Of a stretch of DNA of 42,237 bases, positions 17,566 to 27,259 are shown one piece after another. The position numbers and the translations under genes are program-made. The notes under the pieces were generated by a model. The model worked only from the letters and a program-made list of their open reading frames with translations. It made no database searches and was not told the DNA's origin. Source of the stretch: a virus (taxonomy: Duplodnaviria > Caudoviricetes); IMG/VR virus record IMGVR_UViG_3300032008_000010, positions 1 through 42,237 of that record. One strand, 5' to 3'. Numbering within the stretch: position 1 is the first letter of the stretch; the number at the start of each line of letters is the position of its first letter.

Positions 17566-19440
17566 GTGCCGACGCTGACCTTCCCCGCCGATAACCATGT
17601 GGTCAACGACCTCCTGCACACGCAGCATCACAACAACATCGCAGACATTCTCGCCGCCCTCGCCGGGGTTGCCCCCGGGGCGTCGCTGACCGCTTTCACC
17701 CGGACCCCCGACTGGCTGAATGTCGTAACCCAGTTCGGTGCCGACCCGACCGGGGTAGTGGACTCCGCGCCGGCGATCCAGGCGGCGGTCAACGCGGCCC
17801 CCGCCGGGCAGGTCGTCTATTTCCCGCAGGGGCTCTACTCGGTCGCGACGAATATCGTGCTCCGCCCCGGGGTCCGCTGCAAGGGGCCGCACGGCTCCGG
17901 GCCGGGCCATATGTCCTCATCGACGAACGGGGCGGTCCTCCAGCCGACCTCCGGGTTCGCCGCCTCCGGGGGTGCGCCCGCCGCTGTGCTGACGCTGGGC
18001 GACTCGCAGGCCATCCACATCTATGACATGTGGATTAACGGCTCCTCGCTCAACCCGGCGAACATCGTCGCCGGGATCAACGCGACCGGGCAGGCCGAGT
18101 CGGTGGTCATCGAGTCGGTCGGCATCTACAACGTCACCGGCAGCGGGATCGTCACCGCCCAGGGCGGCATCAACAACAAGAACCCGGACGGGTGGCGGGT
18201 CATCCATTCGCTCGTCCAGTCCGCCGGGCAGGAGGGGTTCCACTGGACCGGCTCTGACGGCACCTTCCACAACATCCACTGCCAGAACTGCGGCGGGGCG
18301 TCCCAGCTATATGACGCGTTCTTCTGCGGCGGCTTCAACTCGGTGTATGTGAACTGCCGGGGCGACGTCTCCCAGAACGGCTTCACCTATGACGCGCGCG
18401 GCCCCGGTGCCGGCTATCTCGACTCGACGATGCTGATCGGCTGGGGCTCGCAGCGGAACCGCTGCAACGGGCTGAATGTGATCAACTCGGCGGGGAACTC
18501 GGGGTCGGACCCGCTGATTGTCCTCGGCGGCGCATTCGACGGCGACGGCACGAACGGCGGGGCAGGCGGCGGCGGCTATGCGAGCATCGCCGTCGCCGGC
18601 CGCAACGACGTGACTGTCATCGGCGCGCATGTGAACATCGGGACCGTCGATGTCGCGGGCGGCTCCCCCGTCTATGCGGTGGCGACCGCTCATGGCGCAG
18701 GCGGGGCCGGGTCGCCTCTCGTCCGCCTGGCCGCCTGCACCCTCGGCGGGACCGGCGACAGTTTCGGCAACGTCATCTTCGACGGGGCCGGGAACAACGG
18801 CATCTATGTTGACCCGTCGTGCGTCATCTACCAGGGCACGTCGAGCGGCGAGACCTCCATCTCCAACCTGACCCCGGTCGGCGGGCAGACCGACGCGTGG
18901 ACCGCCCCCGACCTCGGCTATATCGCGCAGGCGTTCGACGGGGCGATGGTCAACTCCACAGGCACGTCGCTGCCGCTGGGGACGCTGAACCTGATCGGGG
19001 TGGAGGTCCGCCAGCCCCGGACGGCGGTCAAGGGCCGGCTGTATGTCAACACTGGCGGGTCCGGGCTGACCACGGCGCTCATCGGCCTCTACGACTCTGG
19101 CGGGAACCTGCGCGGCTCCGCCTCCCAGACCAGCGGCGGGACGGCCCTGACCACGGCGCTCGCCAGCGCAGGGATCGTCGATGTCACCTGGACGCAGCAG
19201 TCCGCCGGGTCGCTGTACCTGAGCCCCGGCCTCTACTACGTGGCGATCCTCGTCGCCGGGACCACCGCCCCGCAGGCCGGCCGGTCCAACAACATCACCC
19301 CGTCGCTCATCAACGGGACCACCGGGCCGGCTGGCACCCGCTATGGGACCATCGGCTCCGCGCTGACCTCCCTGACCAACCCGTTCACCCCCGGCTCCGT
19401 CACCCAGGCCGCCACATCGTGGTGGGCGGCGGTCTACTGA
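17566..19440 (+). CDS. Tail spike/receptor-binding protein with pectin-lyase-like beta-helix
   Basis: NVVTQFGADPTGVVDSAPAIQAAVNA...VVYFPQGLY (pectate_lyase_3-type start), followed by Gly/Asn-rich beta-helix repeats. Confidence 0.8.
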   Translation: MPTLTFPADNHVVNDLLHTQHHNNIADILAALAGVAPGASLTAFTRTPDWLNVVTQFGADPTGVVDSAPAIQAAVNAAPAGQVVYFPQGLYSVATNIVLRPGVRCKGPHGSGPGHMSSSTNGAVLQPTSGFAASGGAPAAVLTLGDSQAIHIYDMWINGSSLNPANIVAGINATGQAESVVIESVGIYNVTGSGIVTAQGGINNKNPDGWRVIHSLVQSAGQEGFHWTGSDGTFHNIHCQNCGGASQLYDAFFCGGFNSVYVNCRGDVSQNGFTYDARGPGAGYLDSTMLIGWGSQRNRCNGLNVINSAGNSGSDPLIVLGGAFDGDGTNGGAGGGGYASIAVAGRNDVTVIGAHVNIGTVDVAGGSPVYAVATAHGAGGAGSPLVRLAACTLGGTGDSFGNVIFDGAGNNGIYVDPSCVIYQGTSSGETSISNLTPVGGQTDAWTAPDLGYIAQAFDGAMVNSTGTSLPLGTLNLIGVEVRQPRTAVKGRLYVNTGGSGLTTALIGLYDSGGNLRGSASQTSGGTALTTALASAGIVDVTWTQQSAGSLYLSPGLYYVAILVAGTTAPQAGRSNNITPSLINGTTGPAGTRYGTIGSALTSLTNPFTPGSVTQAATSWWAAVY

Positions 19441-19455
19441 GGAGGGACGCCTTGA

Positions 19456-22400
19456 ATGACCGTACTATTCGACCTCTATTCGGGCTCCTACCTGGACACG
19501 TATGGCACGCCCGAGCCGCTGCCGCCCGCGAACGGGGCACCGTTTATGCCTGACAGCCTGATCCTCGACGGCTCCATCGAACTCCTCGGCGGCGGTGCTG
19601 TCTCCGCGCTGCCCCAGTGCCCCGGCGCGGTATTCCGCCTCGGCAACGGGTTCGACCTGGGGATGCCGCAACCGGAGCAGGCGCTCGTCGCCAAGTACCT
19701 CCTCGACGGGGAGCGGCCGTTCGGCCGGCGGACCGCCAACCGGACCTTTGTCATCCCGGTCACGATCATCGCCCCCGACCGGGATACGCTCGCAGCGGCG
19801 AGGGAGACGCTGTTCACCATCGTCGATCAGGACACCTGGAATCTGACGTGGACGCGGCAGAGCAGCCCCGGCGTCTCTGGCCCGACGCTCGTCTTTGACT
19901 GTTTCCGGGCGCAGCCCTCCACGACCGACTATGACCAGCACGCCGAGAAGGATCTGCGGTCGCTGGTCACCCTGACATTCCCCGGGCTGCCCTTCGGGCG
20001 GGCCGACGCGCCGCTGCAACTGCAATTCACCAGCCCGGCGACCGGCTCCACCGCGCCACCCGCCCCGGTGACGGTGGACGCCTATACGGCGGTCGGCTCC
20101 ACGACGCAGGCATCGTGGTGGTTCTCCTCCTCGCTGATGCCCGCCGGCGGGTCGATCCACTCCGCCCACTGGGACTGGTCGAAAACCAACAACGACTCCC
20201 CCGCCTGGTATACCGACACGAACCCGGCGGTCAACATCACTGGGCTCACCAAACTGACATTCTGGTTTGGCCTCGGCACCAACAACTACAAGACGTGGAA
20301 CAAGGGCAACGTAGCGTTCGCCCTCAGCCTCTCCGATGGCTCCGGGCATACCATCAGCTTCGGCGGCCAGCAGTACTGCCATGCGTCGAACAGCCCGAAC
20401 TCGCCAACCTGGCAACTAGTCTCGTTTTCCATCCCGCAGGCCGGGACATTCGACTTCACCAACGTCACCGGCTACTCGGTCAAGGCGTGGCGGAAGGTCA
20501 AGAACGACGGCTCCCTCTATATGGACGCCGACGTCTATCTCAACGCGCTGACAGCCTATGCGCCGACCGCCGGGACGCCCGCCTCCGTCCGGGGCGGCAT
20601 CTATACGCTGCTCGGCATCCAGGGGTCCGCCAGGTCGCCGCTGTCGCTGCTGCTCCAGCAGCCGCCCATCGGGACGCTCATCCAGACGACCTACTCGACG
20701 CCGGGGCCGGTGACGGTGCTTCCCGGGGCCGGGGTCTCCTACATGGCGTTCGACAAGACCGCCGGCGGCGGCAAGGGCGGCAAGCGGACCTCCTCCGGGC
20801 AGGCTGGCGGCGCTGGCGGCGGCGAGCAGGTGCAGGAGGTCCGGGCGGTGACCCCCGGCGTAGGAATCCCCTGCTATGTCGGGGCCGGCGGCCACGCGGC
20901 GACCGCCGGCGGGTGGATTCAGCGGGTAGCGGTCGGCAAGCTGACCTCGGCGACGGCGACCACCTGGCAGGGGAACTGCACGGTTACGACCTCGGCGGGC
21001 AACACGCTGCTGATCGGGATCGCATTTGGGACGACCGGCGGGACCGTGACTGCGGTCGCTGATACGAAGGGCAACACCTGGGTTCAGGACAAGCAGGCGA
21101 ACCTCAGCGGCCGGTGCATGGAGGTATGGCGGGCCGCCGGCGCGGCGCAGATGACCCCCACGGACACGTTCACGGTCACCATCTCCGCCGGGCAGGCCAA
21201 CGGCGGCCTGTTCCTCGTGGGCGAGTTCCCGCCGCTGTCCGCACCGGATGCGAGCGGCCAGGCCGGCGGCTCTAGCTCAGTGACGACCCAGGCACCGAAC
21301 ATGACCGCGACCGCCAGCGACGGGGTGGCGGTCGCGTTCGGCTGCAACATGCACTCCTCTGACTCGGTGTCGGTCGCGTCGCCGTTCACCAAGGACGGCT
21401 CCTACCAGACCGCCTCGACGGGCTCTGCGGGCTGCTCGATGATCGGTGCCTATGACAACAGCCCGGCGGCCGGCTCGCTGACCGCGACCTTCACGATGGC
21501 GAGCAGCGCCTCCGGGATCGCGTTCATCCTCGGCTACCCGGTCAACGCGGCCGGCTCGCAGACCAACGGCTCGGATACATGGACCGGAGCGGATGACGCG
21601 ACGGCGGCACACGGCGGGCATGGGGTCGCGGACAATGCGACGGGCGGCGGGACCGGCGGGACCGGCGCGGCGATCCCCCAGCTAATGTCGGGCGACATCT
21701 CCACGTTTGAGGGGGGAATCTCAACGTGGCTCGGCTCCTCCAATAGCAGCGTCGCGCAGTCGGCGGCGCAGGCGCACGGCGGGTCGAAGTCGCTGGCGGT
21801 CACCTCTACCGCCAGCGGGAACATGACAGCAGCATCCTGCCTGCTCGCCAGCATCCTGACCGGGGCCGGGTTCACGCAGCTAGTCCCCGGCGCGAGCGTC
21901 ATCTCCGCATCGGGATGGGTGAAGGCGGCGACGGCTGCCCGGACGGTGCAGTTGCAGATAGAGCAGGTCGATGCGACCGGGGCGACGCTCGGCAACACTA
22001 ACGGCCCCTCCGCTACCGACTCGACGAGCGCCTGGACGCAGTACACGGTGCAGGCGGCGGCGGCGGCCAATGCCGCCGGCTGGCGGGTCAAGGCCAACGT
22101 CCTCTCAACGGGGGCGGGCGGCGAAACCCACTACCTCGACGACGTGCTCTGCCAGGCTGGCGCGGTATTCCAGGGCGGCAACGGCGCAGCGTCCGGGACG
22201 ACCGGCGGCGGCGGCGGCTCCTCCGGTGGGACCGCCGCTGCGGGGAACAACGCGGCCGGGCAGACCGGCGGAGCCGCACCGGCTGGGGGCGCGGCAGGTG
22301 GCAACGGTGGCGCTGCCGGGACCAACCCTGGCGCGGCAGGGTCGGCCCCGGGCGGCGGCGGCGGCGGGGCTAGCTCGACGGGCGCGGCGACGAACGGCGG

Positions 22401-23202
22401 CAACGCGGGCGACGGCCAGCTAGTCGTCTCCTACATCCAGCAGCTAGCCGGGTTCAAGACCAGCCTCGTCCACCTGCCCGGCCCTGACGCGCCGGCGGCG
22501 TTCTCCCCGCTGGTCGTCGTCGGCGGCGGCGCTGACATCCCGGATGGGACAACCGAGTACCCGGTGCCAGCGGTCCTCGGCGGCCAGAACGCCCGGTTCA
22601 ATGGCACCTACTCGATCATCCTGACGGCGTTCTCCTGGCACTCCCCGGCGAGCGCCCGGCTGCTCACGGTCACGGTCAAGCAGTATGAGTATGCGGGCGG
22701 CCCGAGCGTCTCCGTCGCGGCGTCCAGGACGGTCACCCCCAACACTGATGTGGCGAATGGGATCGTCGTCATCGACAACGTGACGCTGCCGATCTCCGAT
22801 ATCCCGGCCGACAACTCCTCCTCGCTGTTCACCGTGACCGTGACCAGCGGCGACACCGCCGACCTGTTCCTCGACGTGCTGTTCATCGACACCGAGGGGC
22901 AGTTCGCTATGGTCAACATCCCCTCCGGGTCCGGGTATACGTCGTTCTGGCTGGATGAGCCCGATCCGACGCAGGATCTCGGGCTCGCCCTCGGCTCCAC
23001 GTATGACCGTTCGCAGGCGGTCAGCATCACCGGGCTCGGCACGGTGGCAGTCCCCAGCTTCATCGCCTCCGGTGGGCCGCTGACCGTCGATCCGGGGCTC
23101 AACCAGCTTCTCGTCTATGCCATCGAGGGGCAGCCGAGCCTGACCGCCTGGTACTTTCCGAGATTCTGGGTAGACCGGACGCTCGGCTCAACGGTGACCT
23201 GA
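19456..23202 (+). CDS. Large minor tail protein; probable evolved Dit with inserted carbohydrate-binding and Gly-rich domains
   Basis: Dit-like N-terminus (NRTFVIPVTI...LTF...PFGR) and C-terminus (L.VDPG.N.L...YFPRFW). Internal CBM-like segment (FEGGISTW...AHGGSKSL...YLDDV) and Gly-rich segments. Confidence 0.7.
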   Translation: MTVLFDLYSGSYLDTYGTPEPLPPANGAPFMPDSLILDGSIELLGGGAVSALPQCPGAVFRLGNGFDLGMPQPEQALVAKYLLDGERPFGRRTANRTFVIPVTIIAPDRDTLAAARETLFTIVDQDTWNLTWTRQSSPGVSGPTLVFDCFRAQPSTTDYDQHAEKDLRSLVTLTFPGLPFGRADAPLQLQFTSPATGSTAPPAPVTVDAYTAVGSTTQASWWFSSSLMPAGGSIHSAHWDWSKTNNDSPAWYTDTNPAVNITGLTKLTFWFGLGTNNYKTWNKGNVAFALSLSDGSGHTISFGGQQYCHASNSPNSPTWQLVSFSIPQAGTFDFTNVTGYSVKAWRKVKNDGSLYMDADVYLNALTAYAPTAGTPASVRGGIYTLLGIQGSARSPLSLLLQQPPIGTLIQTTYSTPGPVTVLPGAGVSYMAFDKTAGGGKGGKRTSSGQAGGAGGGEQVQEVRAVTPGVGIPCYVGAGGHAATAGGWIQRVAVGKLTSATATTWQGNCTVTTSAGNTLLIGIAFGTTGGTVTAVADTKGNTWVQDKQANLSGRCMEVWRAAGAAQMTPTDTFTVTISAGQANGGLFLVGEFPPLSAPDASGQAGGSSSVTTQAPNMTATASDGVAVAFGCNMHSSDSVSVASPFTKDGSYQTASTGSAGCSMIGAYDNSPAAGSLTATFTMASSASGIAFILGYPVNAAGSQTNGSDTWTGADDATAAHGGHGVADNATGGGTGGTGAAIPQLMSGDISTFEGGISTWLGSSNSSVAQSAAQAHGGSKSLAVTSTASGNMTAASCLLASILTGAGFTQLVPGASVISASGWVKAATAARTVQLQIEQVDATGATLGNTNGPSATDSTSAWTQYTVQAAAAANAAGWRVKANVLSTGAGGETHYLDDVLCQAGAVFQGGNGAASGTTGGGGGSSGGTAAAGNNAAGQTGGAAPAGGAAGGNGGAAGTNPGAAGSAPGGGGGGASSTGAATNGGNAGDGQLVVSYIQQLAGFKTSLVHLPGPDAPAAFSPLVVVGGGADIPDGTTEYPVPAVLGGQNARFNGTYSIILTAFSWHSPASARLLTVTVKQYEYAGGPSVSVAASRTVTPNTDVANGIVVIDNVTLPISDIPADNSSSLFTVTVTSGDTADLFLDVLFIDTEGQFAMVNIPSGSGYTSFWLDEPDPTQDLGLALGSTYDRSQAVSITGLGTVAVPSFIASGGPLTVDPGLNQLLVYAIEGQPSLTAWYFPRFWVDRTLGSTVT

Positions 23203-24302
23203 TGTTCCGCGCCGACGCCTCCCAGATCATCACCTATGCCATCGACGGCACCGACCCCCGCCTGCTCTCCCAGGTCGGGCCGGTCGCGGCGCTGGCCTAC
23301 TCGTTCGCGCTGCCCGGCGGCCCCGACCAGATGTCATGCCTCTTGCAGCGGTCGGCGCAGTCGCGGATGAAGGCCATCGACCCCGGCCGCATCGTCTGCA
23401 TCTACCGGGGAGCGCTGCGCATCTGGGAGGGGAAACTCGACGAGGCTGCCCCCGACCCGGGCGGCTGGGCGATCACGGCCCACGGCTCCGGGACATACGG
23501 CGGCGACTTCATGGCCCATTGGACTAGCTGGAACGCCGACAACCCGGTCGATCAGGCGATAACGCGAGGACTCCGCTGGGTCAACTCCGGGCTCGCCGCC
23601 TCCTCGCCCTATACGGCGAGCCAGACCGACGACGCCTCGGTGGATGTCACCACGCACCTGTCCAACATCGCGGACCCGGCGCAGCTGACGTGGTATGTGC
23701 GGACGACCCCGACGCAGAACCGGCTGTCAATGTTCGCGCTGCCGGCCGCGCCGACCCGCATCCTCCTCGCCACGACCCCGGCGCTGCGGACCCTCCACGG
23801 CTACTTCACAACCCTGTGGGGGAAATACGAGATCACCTCCGCGCCGACCTACGGCGTGACCTCCATCTCCAACACGGCGCAGCTAGCCCGGCATGGGCCG
23901 ATGGAGGCATACGCGGATCTCTCCCAGGATGGGACAAACAGCGCGGGGTCGGCGCAGGCGATCCTCGCGAAGATCCTCTCCCGCTATACCGCCGCCAGCT
24001 ACGGCGGCCCGTTCACCGTCCGCCCGGGGCAGGTGACGAACCTCGGCGGCCAGGCCGTCGATCTGGGCACCGAGGAGGCCGGGGAGGTTTACCTGCTGCT
24101 CCTCGCCGCCGGCGGCTACGGCGGGGAGGTCGTGCCCGCCCTGCCGGTGACCTTCGCGGGCGGCCTCTACGAGTATGACGACCCCTCCGGGAGCGCGACC
24201 ATCACCCCGTATGTCTCCGTCCGGTATGACCTGGCGACTCTCCTCTCCAACTATGCGACGCTGCACACCGTGACGACCGCCCCGGCGAAGCTGAAACACT
24301 GA
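23202..24302 (+). CDS. Minor tail/baseplate hub (Tal-like) protein
   Basis: Coupled to the previous gene (TGATG). L.YSF.LPGGP...C.L...GRIV.IYRG..RIWEG.L pattern. Confidence 0.65.
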   Translation: MFRADASQIITYAIDGTDPRLLSQVGPVAALAYSFALPGGPDQMSCLLQRSAQSRMKAIDPGRIVCIYRGALRIWEGKLDEAAPDPGGWAITAHGSGTYGGDFMAHWTSWNADNPVDQAITRGLRWVNSGLAASSPYTASQTDDASVDVTTHLSNIADPAQLTWYVRTTPTQNRLSMFALPAAPTRILLATTPALRTLHGYFTTLWGKYEITSAPTYGVTSISNTAQLARHGPMEAYADLSQDGTNSAGSAQAILAKILSRYTAASYGGPFTVRPGQVTNLGGQAVDLGTEEAGEVYLLLLAAGGYGGEVVPALPVTFAGGLYEYDDPSGSATITPYVSVRYDLATLLSNYATLHTVTTAPAKLKH

Positions 24303-24370
24303 CCTCCCACAGCCGGCTGCCCCCGCGTGCGATGGTGCTGCCGTCACCTAACCACTGAGGAGGCAGAACG

Positions 24371-24622
24371 ATGCTCGGTGACTATCTGGTCAGCCTGATC
24401 CGCACCTGGGTGCCTGTGCTCGCCGGCGCGGTCATCTCCTGGGCCGTAACCCAGGGGCTCTCGATCACCCCGGCAACCAAGTCCAGCCTGATCGTCGGGC
24501 TGACCGGCATCTTCATCGCCGGCTACTACGCGCTGGCGCGGGCGCTGGAACTGCGGTACAAGTGGGCGGGGCTGCTCCTCGGCGTGCGGAAGGCACCGTC
24601 CTATCCGGGCGGCGGCAAATAG
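24371..24622 (+). CDS. Holin (2 TM)
   Basis: RBS GAGGAGG. SLIRTWVP...YYALARALE..Y.W.G.LLG..KAPSY actinophage holin pattern. Directly before the lysin. Confidence 0.8.
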   Translation: MLGDYLVSLIRTWVPVLAGAVISWAVTQGLSITPATKSSLIVGLTGIFIAGYYALARALELRYKWAGLLLGVRKAPSYPGGGK

Positions 24623-24624
24623 CG

Positions 24625-25467
24625 GTGGGGACACGCGGCGCTGACTACGCGTTCTACCCGCACCCATCCATCGCCGGGCTGAAGGCCGCCGGGGTCGAGT
24701 TCGTCGTCCGGTACATCTCCTCCGACCCGGCGAACGACAGCAACGGCAAGAACCTGCTCCCCGGCGAATGCGGGGCGCTGCTCGCTGCCGGGATCCGGGT
24801 GTGTGTCGTCTCCGAGGAGGGCGGCGGGCAGCGGCTCCTCGCCGGGAACAGCGGCGGCGTCGCGGATGCCAAGCACGCTAACGCGGTGGTCGCGGGGCTG
24901 AAAATGCCGTCGATCCCGGTCTACTTCGCCGCCGACTGGGATGCGGCACCGGGGCAGCAGGCGCTCATCAACGCCTACCTGGACGGGGCGGCGAGCGTCA
25001 TCGGCCACGCCCGGACGGGCATCTACGGCGGCTACTGGCCGCTGTCGCGGGCGCTGACCGCCGGGGCGTGCGCCTGGGGCTGGCAGACGCTCGCCTGGTC
25101 CGGTGGGCTCTGGGACAGCCGGGCGGTCATGCGGCAGGGGCTCGGCATCAGCGTCGGCGGCGTCCAGGCCGACGTGGACACCGAGGTCAAGGGCCATGAC
25201 GCCCTCGTCGATGACTACGGCCAGTGGCCACGGCCGGGGCCGCCGCCGCCGCCGGTGCCGATCACCGCGCCGACGCTGATGCAGGCCGATGGCCGGCAGA
25301 GCCTCCGCGTCGCCGTCCACGCCCACGCTACGACGGTGCAGCGGGCGCTCTGGCTGATGGCAAACAACAAGCCGGCCGGGTCGTTCGGCTGGCTGCAACG
25401 CCCATATGTCGAGGCGGGCGACTGGAACGCGCCGATGCCGCAGGGGATGACCTACTGGGTCGGCTAG
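24625..25467 (+). CDS. Endolysin, DUF1906/GH25-like glycoside hydrolase
   Basis: DY....PS...LKAAG..FVVRY...KNL...E, VYFAADWD, GIYGG and WQT.AWSGG motifs. GTG start 24625 is in frame with ORF 24562..25467. Confidence 0.85.
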   Translation: MGTRGADYAFYPHPSIAGLKAAGVEFVVRYISSDPANDSNGKNLLPGECGALLAAGIRVCVVSEEGGGQRLLAGNSGGVADAKHANAVVAGLKMPSIPVYFAADWDAAPGQQALINAYLDGAASVIGHARTGIYGGYWPLSRALTAGACAWGWQTLAWSGGLWDSRAVMRQGLGISVGGVQADVDTEVKGHDALVDDYGQWPRPGPPPPPVPITAPTLMQADGRQSLRVAVHAHATTVQRALWLMANNKPAGSFGWLQRPYVEAGDWNAPMPQGMTYWVG

Positions 25468-25615
25468 CCTCGCGGCCCTAGGACGGCCTGAGAGCGCCTG
25501 GGCCGCTGCCCCCACCCGATCCCATCAGGGACTCCCTGGGCGGCTGGGAGCCGCTGGCTCCGCTGCGGGCGTGGCGCGCTATGCGGCATGCGGTCCCCGG
25601 CCCTATGGTGCCGGT

Positions 25616-25666
25616 GCAGCCGGGCCGCTGCGCTCTGGCCAGGGCGGGCTACAGCGGCCCGGCTGC
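25616..25666. terminator. Long hairpin where the late and early arms converge
   Basis: Perfect 15-bp stem GCAGCCGGGCCGCTG/CAGCGGCCCGGCTGC plus an inner stem, 2 nt after the stop of the last leftward gene. Confidence 0.65.
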
Positions 25667-25668
25667 GG

Positions 25669-25899
25669 TCATCCGGGGTAAACGGGACCTTTACCCGGAT
25701 CGGCGTCCCCGCCCGCGCCCCGCCTTCTCCTGCCAGCGGCTGCGGCGGCGGTCAGGCCGTCGATAGCGGCGAACCCGAACCCGCGCATCAGCGTCTCAGC
25801 CACGGCGGGCAGGTCAACATCGACCACAGCCATGCCGGGCGGGACCAGGCCATAGAACTCGACCCGCACCCACCGGCCGAGCTCATCATCAAATGTCAT
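25669..25899 (-). CDS. Hypothetical protein
   Basis: Overlaps the end of the upstream gene. Followed by the terminator hairpin. Confidence 0.5.
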   Translation of the reverse strand: MTFDDELGRWVRVEFYGLVPPGMAVVDVDLPAVAETLMRGFGFAAIDGLTAAAAAGRRRRGAGGDADPGKGPVYPG

Positions 25900-26155
25900 C
25901 TCGCGGCTCCAATGCCTCGCAGAACAGGTACTCGACTATCGCCAGCAGCCCCGCCCGCTCGGTCGGGCTGAGCCGCTCCCAGGCGAGCGCAGGCTCGGCG
26001 CTGGTGACCAGCCCGGCGCGGAGATAGGTCGCCTGCATCGTGGCGATCTCGGCGGCTAGCTCCTCCCGCCGCTTCTCCCAGTCCGGGAAGATGGCCAGCA
26101 GCTTGCGCAGCCGGTAGGGCCGGGAGGCTTCCCACGGGTTCCGCTGTGCCGTCAT
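25889..26155 (-). CDS. Hypothetical protein (MTAQRNPWEASRPY...)
   Basis: RBS GGAGG and ATGA overlap with the upstream gene; internal start of ORF 25889..26347. Confidence 0.6.
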   Translation of the reverse strand: MTAQRNPWEASRPYRLRKLLAIFPDWEKRREELAAEIATMQATYLRAGLVTSAEPALAWERLSPTERAGLLAIVEYLFCEALEPRDDI

Positions 26156-26304
26156 CGCCGTGCCTCCAATGCTCGCGCTGTCGTTTTGACCTGCCCTCCC
26201 GCGAGGAGGCTGACCCAGATCGCCTCCGCCGTGACGTGGGAGACGATCCCCGGCTGGCCGCGCCAGGAGCAGGCCGCCCCGAGCCGCGCCTGCTTGCCGG
26301 TCAT
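26152..26304 (-). CDS. 50-aa hypothetical protein, small beta-barrel-like
   Basis: Hand-translated MTGKQARLGAACSWRGQPGIVSHVTAEAIWVSLLAGGQVKTTARALEARR. ATGA overlaps at both ends. Confidence 0.6.
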   Translation of the reverse strand: MTGKQARLGAACSWRGQPGIVSHVTAEAIWVSLLAGGQVKTTARALEARR

Positions 26305-26882
26305 GGCGTGACCTCGGCCAGTTCGTGGCGTTCGCCCCGGTACTCAAACCGGCGGAGGCGGCTGGCAGGCTGCGGGCGGAACAGCAGGATCGGGGTCCGC
26401 GTCGCCCGGTCGAACGACTGGAACGTCTTGTACGACCGGGTGACGGCGATCACCCACGCTTCGGGATGGGCGGGGTCCTCGCCGGGCGGCCGGGCGACGG
26501 CCGCGCCAGCCGGGTCGATCAGATCGCTGCGGCGCGGGACACGGTGGGAGACGATGTAGGGGCAGAGGCGCAACGCCCACTCGGCGCACTCCTCGTGCAT
26601 CGGCGGATCGCTGTACGCGCCCCTGGCCGACTCGGCGCTCTGCGGGCCGCCGAGGAACGCGATCCAGTAGCCGAGCCGCAGCCCGCAGACTCCGCAGAGC
26701 CGCTCGGCGGCGCAGCGGCCTACCCGGTCGTGGTCGGTGATGGTGAAGTCGCCGACGACCCGGCCGTCATGCTCAGGCTCAGTCCGCCTCGCCGCTGAGA
26801 AGGGGATCGGCAGCTTCCGCCTGGGGCAGATGGGGAGAGCCCGGATCTGCTCAGGCCAGGTGCTCCGCGCTGGTGTCCTCAT
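26301..26882 (-). CDS. Cys/His-rich actinobacterial hypothetical protein (putative Zn-binding)
   Basis: C....LCGVCG.....FLGG...DPPMHEECA..AL..CPY motif. RBS GGAGAGAGGAG and a promoter repeat upstream. Confidence 0.75.
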   Translation of the reverse strand: MRTPARSTWPEQIRALPICPRRKLPIPFSAARRTEPEHDGRVVGDFTITDHDRVGRCAAERLCGVCGLRLGYWIAFLGGPQSAESARGAYSDPPMHEECAEWALRLCPYIVSHRVPRRSDLIDPAGAAVARPPGEDPAHPEAWVIAVTRSYKTFQSFDRATRTPILLFRPQPASRLRRFEYRGERHELAEVTP

Positions 26883-26908
26883 GTGGGGGGCTCCTCTCTC
26901 CAATCGCT

Positions 26909-26937
26909 AACCTATACGCGTCCAGGGTGACAGTCAG
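26909..26937 (-). promoter_or_regulatory. Repeated promoter/operator, copy 1
   Basis: CTGACT-17 bp (gtcaccctggacgcgta)-TAGGTT. Confidence 0.75.
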
Positions 26938-27257
26938 AATGCGCGGCGGTTGTACTCGTGCTCCTCCTGGGCGTGCCAGTCGTCGAGGATGCACCGCTTC
27001 CCCGTCTGCCGATCGACGTGGATGCAGCGGGACGGGGTGACGCCATGAGCTATAGCGTCGATCTCCGCCCGCCGCGCCTGGCTGCTCTCCTGCCCGTCGC
27101 GGGCGGTGATCGCCTCGACATACCGGCGGATGCCAGCGGGGCCGAGGCCGATCATCATCTGCTGGTGCTTCGCCTTCTCCTGCTCGTACTTCGCCTGGGC
27201 GGCGATCATCGCCGCGTTCTGCCGCAGGGCGGCGGCGATCTGGGCGTCGGTTGCCAT
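26934..27257 (-). CDS. Hypothetical protein with C-terminal Cys/His finger
   Basis: RBS GAGAGGAG. C-terminal CIH...RCIL...H...H. Confidence 0.65.
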   Translation of the reverse strand: MATDAQIAAALRQNAAMIAAQAKYEQEKAKHQQMMIGLGPAGIRRYVEAITARDGQESSQARRAEIDAIAHGVTPSRCIHVDRQTGKRCILDDWHAQEEHEYNRRAF

Positions 27258-27259
27258 GT

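Noticed and set aside
17566-24302. Diversity-generating retroelement or invertible tail-fibre cassette
   Set aside because: No reverse transcriptase, invertase or template/variable repeat pair seen.
185-25515. Many long alternative-frame and antisense ORFs (e.g. 185..1624, 6471..7898, 9389..10816, 15373..16956)
   Set aside because: Expected shadow ORFs in very GC-rich DNA. They overlap well-supported genes and lack motifs and RBSs.
25468-25668. attP site or tRNA in the gap between the arms
   Set aside because: No integrase nearby and no cloverleaf recognised. A terminator-like hairpin accounts for the visible structure.
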